Position numbers and translations under genes: made by a program
In this document: piece by piece, positions 1 through 8,326 of the stretch
Layout of the letters: each line of letters begins with the position of its first letter
Position numbering within the stretch: position 1 is the stretch's first letter
Notes under the pieces: generated by a model
The model's input: the letters and a program-made list of their open reading frames with translations, nothing else
Databases searched by the model: none
What the model was told of the DNA's origin: nothing
NCBI GenBank assembly: GCA_022843855.1
Contig: JALHMV010000002.1
Location: 14,496-78,495 of the forward strand
Length of the DNA stretch: 64,000 nucleotides
Direction of reading: 5' to 3'
From: Patescibacteria group bacterium
GTDB taxonomy: Bacteria; Patescibacteriota; UBA1384; 2-12-FULL-50-11

Positions 1-690
1 CTGGCCACCAACGTCATCCAGCACTCGCATCTCCATGCTGTACGCCTCGACCTCTTCGAGGAAGTGATCCAGCTCACTATCCGGAGGCGGTGGACCGAAC
101 GCGGTAAACCGCGCCCAATGGAGCCCTTCGTGCAATGCCAGTACGCCGAGCCAGAGCAGGCTGAACTGGTCAGGATCACCCAAACCGATGGCGTTAACCT
201 CCGGTATATACGACGCGACGGATCGATGCGTCCCGTACACCTTACGCCAAGGTTCCGGGTCTTCTTTGAGGACGGGGACGAGCAGAACCCACGGTTCATT
301 CTCAAGACGATCGCCCCGAACGGTCGTTGGCGACGCAGCCAACTGCCCCTCGTAGATAAGCGGCGCACTGAGGATATAACCTCGGTGGAGCAACTCCCCA
401 ACTCGCCGAGCTTCGACGTCGTCTGTTCGCTTCAACACCGCATCGACCGAGGCCAGCACCTTCTTCATGACCTGCCGGCGCTTGGCCTGATGCGGATCGG
501 GCGGCGCCTTCGGCAGCGTTGATTGCGCCGTGTTGGACGAAGGAAGAGGACTGGGCTCTTTTTCTTGAGACAAGTTGCCTTTCGATCGGGAAGCCGAGTC
601 GGCGTTGGGCGGTTGGCTACCACAACCAACACCGCTCAGGCTGAGGACGAACGCGACGATGGCCGCGACACAAACCGGGATACTCTTCAT
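1..690 (-). CDS. Putative lipoprotein zinc metallopeptidase (HEXXH), 3' end runs off the window
   Basis: Manual translation, absent from the ORF track: MKSIPVCVAAIVAFVLSLSGVGC (signal plus lipobox-like Cys) ... LALHEGLHW ... FLEEVEAY. No stop codon between 690 and 1. Confidence 0.75.
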   Translation of the reverse strand, partial: MKSIPVCVAAIVAFVLSLSGVGCGSQPPNADSASRSKGNLSQEKEPSPLPSSNTAQSTLPKAPPDPHQAKRRQVMKKVLASVDAVLKRTDDVEARRVGELLHRGYILSAPLIYEGQLAASPTTVRGDRLENEPWVLLVPVLKEDPEPWRKVYGTHRSVASYIPEVNAIGLGDPDQFSLLWLGVLALHEGLHWARFTAFGPPPPDSELDHFLEEVEAYSMEMRVLDDVGGQ

Positions 691-846
691 GTAAACCTGC
701 AAGGCTGCCTGATGCAGTCACGCGAATTCTAGCAGTCGGTCGGAGACAGGTCAAGTACGCAGACGGCGCTAAAATAGGTATTGAGCGCTTGTTCAGGTAC
801 AACCCTTTAGGGTAAAATTCACTGTAGTTTCGCATCTTATTTACAT

Positions 847-1146
847 TCCGGAGTAGCTCAGCGGTAGAGCAGTGCGCTGTAGACTTAATTTGCAGCCCGC
901 GAGGGAAACGTCGCGGTGAACATTGGGAGGATTGCGGGAAGCCTAAAGTCTGAGAATGGCGATGGTAATCCGCAGCCGAGCCTTGTTCCATACGTCATAT
1001 ATGTCTTATGGTCGGGGAAGGTTCAGAGGCCATGCACCCAACAGCTAAGGCGAAAGCTAAGCTGAAGAGATGGTCCACGCCATTTGGAAACAAGTGGGTT
1101 GCGTGTAACGCATTGGTCGTCGGTTCGAATCCGACCTCCGGAGCCA
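847..1146 (+). tRNA. trnN: tRNA-Asn(GTT) interrupted by a group I intron; exons 847-880 and 1106-1146
   Basis: Acceptor stem TCCGGAG/CTCCGGA, discriminator G plus CCA, D-arm GCTCAGCGGTAGAGC, T-arm GTCGGTTCGAATCCGAC. Spliced anticodon arm reads GTGCG-CT-GT|T-AA-CGCAT. Confidence 0.93.
881..1105 (+). ncRNA. Group I self-splicing intron (225 nt, no internal homing endonuclease) at anticodon position 35/36
   Basis: Follows exon U and ends in G. P1 pairing GCTGT/GCAGC with U-G at the splice site. Core elements P (TTGCGGGAAG), Q (AATCCGCAGC), R (TTCAGAGGCCAT), S (AAGAGATGGTCC). Confidence 0.9.
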
Positions 1147-1279
1147 AACAAAAAATCTTCTTAATGGCGGGTTCTTTGTTTTGTTTGGGAGACGATTGAG
1201 CCGACCAGCCGAAGGCTTTGTCGGTGCGGATTCAAGCGAGTAGTAGCGAGCGAGAATCTAGTCGCCTTAGCGACGATCC

Positions 1280-1297
1280 TCCGACCTCCAGAGCAAA
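1280..1297 (+). repeat. Degenerate copy of the tRNA-Asn 3' end, 150 nt downstream
   Basis: tccgacctccagagcaaa versus tccgacctccggagccaa (1130-1147), 16/18 identical. Confidence 0.65.
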
Positions 1298-1443
1298 TAA
1301 ATCTAGTGAATTCAGTGCCGGGCACAGACCGACCCCTGCGTGACAAGCATCGGTGTTTCGTCTATGGCTCTTTTTGCCTTGGGGGGTCAAGGCCATGGTG
1401 GCACCGACCTTGGTCATTTTGCGAAAGTATCTATAGTTAAGAC

Positions 1444-2763
1444 ATGCGCAATAAACTTTTGATTGTTCTTGGTGTTGTCGGTACCCTGATCGTTATTGGG
1501 ATCGTAATCGCCATAACCGCGAAAAAAGATAAATCGACGACTAACTCCCCAACCGGGACTGAAGCAACGGGGTCATCGGAGAATTCAGATTTTGTCGGCA
1601 TGACTGGCGACTGTAAACCGCTCGACAGCAATCAATGGTACCGAACAGATGCCACCCTGACCGTTAGTCCGACTAACGACCAAATCATCGGTGTCTTTGT
1701 TGAGAAACGAGGCTTCTTCCGCTCGATCGATGGCGGCCAAACCTGGAAATACCTCTCGAAGGGCATTAAGGGCTTTCAATCTTCAGACACGCCTGAGGGG
1801 CGACCATGCTACCTCGAGTTCCGAGCCGCCCACATCGGCGACACCAACCCAGAGCGCTTACTGCTTGGGGCGCTTGGTGACTTTGGAACGATCACTTCGG
1901 CCTTCAACAAAGCCGGTGGCTTGCTCGAGAGTACAGATGGAGGTACTACTTGGAACCAAATCCTCACCGACGGCCTCAATGCGTACGTACACGGCATCGC
2001 TGTTGACCCAACCAACCCAGACGTTATCTACTACGTCACTTCCAACCAAAAAGGAATGAGCCAAACCGAATCACTATTAAAAAAAGGCCTGGTCTACAAG
2101 ACAACCAATGGCGGCAAGACCTGGGAAGAGCTACCAACCGGATTGGCCGAGAATACGGCTGGACAAGAAATATTTATTGACCCGGCCAACCCAAGCCGTC
2201 TGGTCGTTGCGACTGCGACTTTTAGTGGCGTGCCCGGCAGCCGAACAGCGGCAGAGCAGGCACTCGGTATTTTAGTCACCGAAGATGGCGGCCTAACGTG
2301 GCAAAGCTTTAAGAGTATTCCGACCGGGGAAGCAATCTTAGAGAGCTTCGCTGCGCCAACCAAAATTGAGCATATGTACTTCTCAATTATGAGCGATGCT
2401 GGGTCCAAGAGTTACTACTCCAAGGACATGGGTAAGACCGTGACCAAATCCGGTATGGCGATGGACGTAGTTGCCTACGACCCAAGCGACACTACCGGCA
2501 ACAAAATGCTCGGATATTCCTGGCAATCGGGTAGTAAAAGCATTTTTGAAAGCACTAACGCCGGTGCGACTTGGCAAGTAAAGGGGGCGATTCCGACGGA
2601 TATCACTAACATCCAAGATCCCAAGCAACGTATTTCGAAGATTGTGATCAGCAAAACCAACAGTAAGACTGTGTACATGTCTGGAGCTGACGCTAAAGTC
2701 TGGGGCTCTACAGATGGTGGCTTAACGTGGACGAGCCTCTTGTCGCTTGAGAAGCTCCCCTGA
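1444..2763 (+). CDS. Membrane-anchored BNR/Asp-box repeat beta-propeller protein (GH74/VPS10/YCF48-like)
   Basis: N-terminal TM helix and repeated S/T-x-D/N-G-G-x-T-W motifs (SIDGGQTW, STDGGTTW, TTNGGKTW, TEDGGLTW, STDGGLTW). Confidence 0.85.
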   Translation: MRNKLLIVLGVVGTLIVIGIVIAITAKKDKSTTNSPTGTEATGSSENSDFVGMTGDCKPLDSNQWYRTDATLTVSPTNDQIIGVFVEKRGFFRSIDGGQTWKYLSKGIKGFQSSDTPEGRPCYLEFRAAHIGDTNPERLLLGALGDFGTITSAFNKAGGLLESTDGGTTWNQILTDGLNAYVHGIAVDPTNPDVIYYVTSNQKGMSQTESLLKKGLVYKTTNGGKTWEELPTGLAENTAGQEIFIDPANPSRLVVATATFSGVPGSRTAAEQALGILVTEDGGLTWQSFKSIPTGEAILESFAAPTKIEHMYFSIMSDAGSKSYYSKDMGKTVTKSGMAMDVVAYDPSDTTGNKMLGYSWQSGSKSIFESTNAGATWQVKGAIPTDITNIQDPKQRISKIVISKTNSKTVYMSGADAKVWGSTDGGLTWTSLLSLEKLP

Positions 2764-2830
2764 ACCGGACTTAACAAACTCACCATCATCAGAACTCGAC
2801 AGAACAACACGCGACGTGTAGATTCTGCCT

Positions 2831-3178
2831 ATGCGATTCATCGATCGGCAGCATCCGGTTTCGCTCGCCCAACTTCAAGACCTAGCCAACGAGCATTTTG
2901 CCGGAGAGTTAGTCAAGGCGGTTGTCGATATCGAGAAGGGCGTGATGGGTATCGGCGGATCCATGCACGCCGACGTGGTTGCGCTGCTCCTCGAGCAAAG
3001 ATCAGCGCAACCGAATCTCTGGGGAATCAACCTCCGTCCGAACGACGAGGAGTTTATCGAGTTTGACTCGATGATCAATATTCGCCCCACTCAGAACAAT
3101 CGATCACGCGGGGTAGAGGACGAGAAGATCCAACGACAAATCAGAGCAATTGTGGCGGAGTTGGTAAGCGATGCATGA
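2831..3178 (+). CDS. DUF5674-like protein
   Basis: VKAVVDIEKG..GGSMHAD..LWGINL..IEFDSMINIRP.QNNRSRGVED pattern recalled for this family. Confidence 0.7.
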   Translation: MRFIDRQHPVSLAQLQDLANEHFAGELVKAVVDIEKGVMGIGGSMHADVVALLLEQRSAQPNLWGINLRPNDEEFIEFDSMINIRPTQNNRSRGVEDEKIQRQIRAIVAELVSDA

Positions 3179-3494
3179 TTGGCAGACCAAATCTATCCAC
3201 TACCAGCTGGGCAATATCGGCAGCGAGATCGGACGGGCGCTGAAGTGGCAACAGACCGCCCCTCAAAAAGCAGTCGCCGCCGCGGAGCGAGCGCTCGAGT
3301 TGATCGATTGGTCACTCGCTGACCGACGTAATACGGCCTTTCTTAAGGAGTTAGCGCGGATTCGAGAGGTGTTTGCCGATTCATTTTTCGGCACCAACCA
3401 ATATGACCAAACCCAAGAAAGTTGGGATCGGTATTTTTTCCCGTACGCATTGGTAGCCAATCAACGGTTACCGAACGCATCGATCGAGCAATGA
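3171..3494 (+). CDS. Conserved helical hypothetical protein
   Basis: QLGNIGSEIGRA..ERALELID..KELARIRE; overlaps both neighbours, suggesting translational coupling. Confidence 0.7.
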   Translation: MHDWQTKSIHYQLGNIGSEIGRALKWQQTAPQKAVAAAERALELIDWSLADRRNTAFLKELARIREVFADSFFGTNQYDQTQESWDRYFFPYALVANQRLPNASIEQ

Positions 3495-3817
3495 AAAAAA
3501 TCTATAACAAATTAGTGCGAGACAAAATCCCAGAGATATGCCGCGCCAACGGCGCCGAACCTGAAATACGGATCCTTCCGCAAAAAGAATACCGTCTCGA
3601 ATTGCGTAAGAAACTAGCCGAAGAGGTGGCAGAATACCGAACGGACGGGACGCTCGAAGAGTTGGCCGACATCCTGGAGTTGGTTATCGCCAACGCCGAA
3701 GCCAACGGCGATTCTCTGGCAGCGCTTGAGAAGATTCGCCTCAAGAAAGCCGAGCAACGGGGCCGTTTCAAGAAAAGGATCTTCCTTATCGCAACGGTAG
3801 AAGATAGAATCAAATAA
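3491..3817 (+). CDS. MazG/HisE-like nucleoside triphosphate pyrophosphohydrolase
   Basis: YNKLVRDKIPEI..KKLAEEVAEY..EELADILE..RGRF motifs; ATGA overlap start at 3491. Confidence 0.85.
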   Translation: MKKIYNKLVRDKIPEICRANGAEPEIRILPQKEYRLELRKKLAEEVAEYRTDGTLEELADILELVIANAEANGDSLAALEKIRLKKAEQRGRFKKRIFLIATVEDRIK

Positions 3818-3834
3818 TAGAAAGGGGATTGCTT

Positions 3835-4116
3835 ATGAGTTGTCCTGTTTGTAACGAAAACTTGCTGATGAGCGAACGCCACGGGGTAGAGATCGACTAC
3901 TGTCCGAAGTGTCGCGGTATTTGGCTCGATCGCGGTGAGCTTGACAAGCTGTTGTCGCTCTCCGAACAGCACGGTCAATCGCGTACTAAAGAGTTCGAGT
4001 CAGAGGCGCCGCCGACCCCTCGAGATCACGGCCACAGAGACGACAGCGACGATCGTCATCACCGACGACCGCAGCGCAAGCGCGAATCGTGGCTTGGCGA
4101 TATTCTTGATTTTTAG
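3835..4116 (+). CDS. zf-TFIIB zinc-ribbon domain protein
   Basis: CPVC..GVEIDYCPKCRGIWLDRGELDKL and C-terminal SWLGDILDF; upstream AAAGGGG SD. Confidence 0.9.
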   Translation: MSCPVCNENLLMSERHGVEIDYCPKCRGIWLDRGELDKLLSLSEQHGQSRTKEFESEAPPTPRDHGHRDDSDDRHHRRPQRKRESWLGDILDF

Positions 4117-4155
4117 TCGTTTCGGTTGATCGACATCAAACCGCCCAGACCTAGC

Positions 4156-4281
4156 CTAAGCCTCGGCGGCGGCCGGTCGTCGAACTACGCAATGCTCGCA
4201 ATCGATACAGACGCCGTGATCGCAAGTACAATGCAGCGTGTGATCGCCGTGGGCTTCACAATCGGTGCACTCGCACGTCAT
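4156..4281 (-). CDS. Small Cys/His-rich metallothionein-like peptide (41 aa)
   Basis: Manual translation MTCECTDCEAHGDHTLHCTCDHGVCIDCEHCVVRRPAAAEA*; alternative in-frame ATG at 4296. Confidence 0.65.
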   Translation of the reverse strand: MTCECTDCEAHGDHTLHCTCDHGVCIDCEHCVVRRPAAAEA

Positions 4282-4407
4282 TTTCTTTTCTTCCATGCAT
4301 GAAGCGTAGCAGTTGCTCGGCTGATCGCAAGCGGACGCGTCACCAAATCAACGAAGCGGTCGTCAAAGCTAGTTGTCAGCCCTTACCAGGTGCTAGAATA
4401 GACGGAG

Positions 4408-4710
4408 ATGATCAGACAGTCGATCGCCGGCGGGACCGCCCATAGACTTCCGGTCGATCTCAAAAAAGTCCTCGCCGCCGACAACGCGGCACTGACCAAG
4501 TGGGAAAGCCTGACACCGCTCGCTCGCAACGAGTGGATCTGCTGGGTCGAATTCGTCAAACAAGAAAAGACCCGCCAAGAGCATCTCGCCCGCGTCGTCC
4601 CGGAGCTCAAAGCCGGCAAGCGCCGACCGTGCTGCTGGATCGGCTGCACTCACCGCACCGATAAGCCGCTCAACCCGACGCAGCAACGCCTGACCAACGC
4701 CGGTCGTTGA
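4408..4710 (+). CDS. YdeI/OmpD-associated family protein
   Basis: LPVDLKKVL..WESLTPLARNEWICWV..KQEKTR..GKRRPCCWIGC. Confidence 0.85.
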   Translation: MIRQSIAGGTAHRLPVDLKKVLAADNAALTKWESLTPLARNEWICWVEFVKQEKTRQEHLARVVPELKAGKRRPCCWIGCTHRTDKPLNPTQQRLTNAGR

Positions 4711-4858
4711 CTTGCTATCGACCGTCGAGAGCGAACTATCCCTGGTGAGGCTGTCTGACCTCCGCCGGAGCGGCCGAGCCACGCTCGACTCCTGATCATT
4801 GATTTTGACAGGTATCGCGGGTTCGGCCTTAATAGAAGTATGTCCTCACGCCAAACAA

Positions 4859-7800
4859 ATGGATAAACAGCTACTCAATCGAAAGCGCCTTCGCGTTCTG
4901 GCCGGAGCGGCAGGCGGCGCGTTAGTCGTGATCCTTGTCGCGACCGGGCTATGGTTTCGGGGCGACCAAGAGAACAACAACCTCGCCCAGATCGGAGCCC
5001 CGATCGTCTTTCGAACCAACACTAGCGTTGAGCCAGGTGACACCATCAACGTTATCGGCTCGTTTAACGAGACGGCGCGCGTCTTTTTTCAGGTCATTAC
5101 GAACACCGGTCAGCGAGGGCCTGAACAGAGCTTATCGATCAATAATCAGAGCGGATCGCTTATCCAAGCCGTTCTCCCAGCAGACATTGACGGTTCGTTT
5201 CTTGGCGTGGTCAAGGTAAGGCAAACCGTCGGGTCGGTTGAGAACGTTGAGAGTAACGAACTACTGATCAACGCCCCTCAAGTCAACCACTTTATTACCG
5301 AAGACGTCGCCCCAGGCGAGACGCTTGATATCTTTGGTCGGGATCTCGTTCCCGATCGGGTCAGTACCAAGCGCTTCAGCGCCAGTCGTGTCTATTTTGA
5401 GCGAGACGGGCGACGATACGAAGCGCCGGTCATCAGCGGTGACTGGCTCCACCTTACGGTTCGCGTACCGAACAACCTTCCGCCAGCGAACGACTATCGT
5501 CTGATTATCTCAAACGGTTTGGGCGGCTCGGCAGGAGAAGTGGCAACCACCCGACCGTTATCGGCTGTCCGCGCTGGCACCGATGATAGTCTCGGGCTCG
5601 GAGTCAATTGGGCACGGGAGCTTGATTTTATCAACGATCAGAGTCGAACGATTAACGTCAAGACGGATGGACGCCTCATTGTCAGGGCGATCGGTGACGG
5701 CGTTGCCAACGATCTGCCTGCGTTGCAGGCGGCGATCGATCTTGCGAGCCAACTCGGTGGTGGCGTTGTGTTTGTTCCAGAAGGAACCTATCGTCTTGAT
5801 CTTAACGCCGGTAGTACGATCAGCCTCAAACAACGCGTCGTCGTGCGCGGCAGCGGTAAGGAGAAAACCCGGCTGGTCTACGGCAGCGTCGATCAACCCG
5901 ATAATAAGCGCCTCCTAACCTTCAACCAAGACGCTGATGGCGGACACGCGGGTCTGACAAGTCTGACAATCGAAAACATTAATCACCAAAACCCGAACCC
6001 CGCGCTCCGGGGGCTACCGTGGGCAACCGGCATCGATCTCGGAACCGCTGACTATATCTTTCTGCATCAGGTTCAATATCTGATGGGTAGTAACGACGGG
6101 CTTGGATCTGACTTTGTCAGCCGACTGTTGATTGCTGAGAGCGAATTTATTAATCGCCTCGCGCTCGATCGGAACGTCTTCAATTTTCGTGGCCATATTC
6201 CGCTACAGGCCGTCTCACCAGAACGCCAAAAGAGCGCTGGGCGCTACAACCTCATACGTAACAGCCGATTTGTCTATATCAACGACCGGTTTACCACGCT
6301 CGGTTGGCAAGATAGCGCGCTTATCGGCAACGAAATCACTCGCGATCTTCAGGCAAAGCCCGATCTCCAACGGCACACCGGCTGTTGCAGCGGCGGCTTG
6401 TCGTTCAACTTCAGTAACGATGCGTCGTTTATCGGCAACACCGTTCAGACGATTAACGGCTTCAACCGGCACGGCAATAACGACGGCGAAGGCATCGGCA
6501 GCGAACAGTGGACCGATTATCTCTGGCACCGAGGAACCGTCACGACAGCGACAGCGACGACGCTCGGTGACGCGTCGAGAAAATGGGACACCAGCAATCG
6601 CTGGCCGACGTACAACAACGGCAAAAACTTCGGCCAACCGAAACGAATCGGCACACCCGGATACAATCCGAGCACGGATTACAACAGCGATGGGATCGAC
6701 AGCGATATACCTGCCGATCTCCCGCCCGGTAGTCGGATCGTTCCGTGGGCGCACTACCAACAAGTGATCGTCGCAATTACCGATGGGCATGGCTTCGGCC
6801 AGTGGCGTCGCGTCGTAGGCCATAGTCCAACCGAGCTAACCGTCGACCGGCCGTGGGATGTGATACCTGACAAAACTAGCTCATACAAAGTACTAGTGGC
6901 GACCAATCTCGGTATCACTGTCGCCAATAACCAAGTCCGCGGCAGCGCTGTTGGGATTAATTTCTACGACGGAGTGATCGACTCGCTGATCGCCAATAAC
7001 ACGGTGATTGACGGCGGAGAGATTAGCATCCTGGCCAAAGACCTCCACGGCGGTTACGCGCACAAATCGTGTGACTTTATGGGACACGTTGACGGACCAT
7101 ATTCCCCGCTTCGACAAGCCGGTTTGCGGACCGAACTTGAAAACGTGCCGGCCGCCTACAACGATTGTACGATGCAATCGCTTTCCTGGGACAACGATTT
7201 GATCGGCAACCGAACAGAAAATACTACCGGCCTCTACGTTTCGAGAATCTTTCTCTTGGCGAACAATTTTATCAACGGGAGCGATCACGACGACCAGGAC
7301 TACGTGACCGACTGCAATAGCGACGGGCGCGTTGATTGGGCTGATGTACCGTGCAGCAACGATTATAAAAAGGACCTGCCGGCGCCGTCACACGGAAACG
7401 CGATACTCAATACGACGCTGCGACGTAACACAATCGTCGCTCACCCAACCGCGCTGATGGATAATAACTATCTGCGAAATATTCCGGGGAACGCCGCCAA
7501 GAACGCCGATATCGACTTTGCTTCGCGCGAGCGATTTTATATCGTCGCCGGCGGTTCGGCGCAAGGGATGGTACAAAACGTGCAAGCCGGCGCCAAGCAC
7601 ATCGTCGGGACAGTCCTCGACGACAACGTGATCACCAACTTCAGCGTCTCTGCTGACGACAGTGCCTACAGCTTTTCGCTTGGCACGGCTCAGACCTCCC
7701 TCAAAAGCGACCAACAGCCAGCTCAGTCGTACTGTTACCGAACTAATCTCGGTCGTTCGGACAATCGGGCGTCATCGATTCGATTGATCGTCACCGACCC

Positions 7801-8320
7801 GAGCCGAAAAAACAGTTATTACAAAGTGAGTCAGCCGTTTGTGACCGAATCCAACACGCTCGTTGCAGACGGATCTGGGATAATGATTGAACGCGACCCG
7901 GCGCACAATTTTCGTCTACGCTATCGGTACCAAATTTCCGACCGTCAGGATAACGGGGTCAACTGGTCGTATCAGCGCTGGGTACCTATCAATACTGGCC
8001 AAACGTACGACGTCTGGCAGAAAGTTCCAGGCTTTCTCTCTCGGAAGGTCACCAATGTTAACGCGGCCGAACTGATGGCGCCAGACAACTGTCAGAACAT
8101 CGCCCTGCGCCAGCCGCTCCTCCCCGGCGACTTTGATGGCGATGACAGTATCACCCGCGCCGACACCACGACCCTTATCAGTCAGTATCGTCGGCGCGGC
8201 AGCATCGAAGGTAACCACGTCGTATACAGGACGTACAACGGCCCGCCGACACTGAAAAACGTGGCCGACTTAATCCGTTTCCACAATAATCGCGCAACGG
8301 GCGACTCGTTCGTTCCGTGA
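4859..8320 (+). CDS. Large membrane-anchored surface protein: Ig/IPT-like domains, pectate-lyase-superfamily beta-helix, C-terminal dockerin-like motif
   Basis: N-terminal TM; AIGDGVANDLPALQAAID..GGGVVFVPEGTY (Pectate_lyase_3/GH55-type start); parallel beta-helix repeats; PGDFDGDDSITRAD tail. Start placed at ATG 4859. Confidence 0.8.
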   Translation: MDKQLLNRKRLRVLAGAAGGALVVILVATGLWFRGDQENNNLAQIGAPIVFRTNTSVEPGDTINVIGSFNETARVFFQVITNTGQRGPEQSLSINNQSGSLIQAVLPADIDGSFLGVVKVRQTVGSVENVESNELLINAPQVNHFITEDVAPGETLDIFGRDLVPDRVSTKRFSASRVYFERDGRRYEAPVISGDWLHLTVRVPNNLPPANDYRLIISNGLGGSAGEVATTRPLSAVRAGTDDSLGLGVNWARELDFINDQSRTINVKTDGRLIVRAIGDGVANDLPALQAAIDLASQLGGGVVFVPEGTYRLDLNAGSTISLKQRVVVRGSGKEKTRLVYGSVDQPDNKRLLTFNQDADGGHAGLTSLTIENINHQNPNPALRGLPWATGIDLGTADYIFLHQVQYLMGSNDGLGSDFVSRLLIAESEFINRLALDRNVFNFRGHIPLQAVSPERQKSAGRYNLIRNSRFVYINDRFTTLGWQDSALIGNEITRDLQAKPDLQRHTGCCSGGLSFNFSNDASFIGNTVQTINGFNRHGNNDGEGIGSEQWTDYLWHRGTVTTATATTLGDASRKWDTSNRWPTYNNGKNFGQPKRIGTPGYNPSTDYNSDGIDSDIPADLPPGSRIVPWAHYQQVIVAITDGHGFGQWRRVVGHSPTELTVDRPWDVIPDKTSSYKVLVATNLGITVANNQVRGSAVGINFYDGVIDSLIANNTVIDGGEISILAKDLHGGYAHKSCDFMGHVDGPYSPLRQAGLRTELENVPAAYNDCTMQSLSWDNDLIGNRTENTTGLYVSRIFLLANNFINGSDHDDQDYVTDCNSDGRVDWADVPCSNDYKKDLPAPSHGNAILNTTLRRNTIVAHPTALMDNNYLRNIPGNAAKNADIDFASRERFYIVAGGSAQGMVQNVQAGAKHIVGTVLDDNVITNFSVSADDSAYSFSLGTAQTSLKSDQQPAQSYCYRTNLGRSDNRASSIRLIVTDPSRKNSYYKVSQPFVTESNTLVADGSGIMIERDPAHNFRLRYRYQISDRQDNGVNWSYQRWVPINTGQTYDVWQKVPGFLSRKVTNVNAAELMAPDNCQNIALRQPLLPGDFDGDDSITRADTTTLISQYRRRGSIEGNHVVYRTYNGPPTLKNVADLIRFHNNRATGDSFVP

Positions 8321-8326
8321 TCGACG

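Noticed and set aside
64-732. Plus-strand ORFs 64-522 and 523-732
   Set aside because: Antisense shadows of the minus-strand HEXXH lipoprotein gene.
1355-1412. Hammerhead-like gacgaaac with a flanking stem on the minus strand
   Set aside because: The CUGANGA core and NUH site do not match (aaaaaga, gcc), and stem I is not adjacent.
617-1417. Short ORFs overlapping the tRNA-Asn, intron and trailer
   Set aside because: They overlap a structured RNA gene and have no homing-endonuclease or other motifs.
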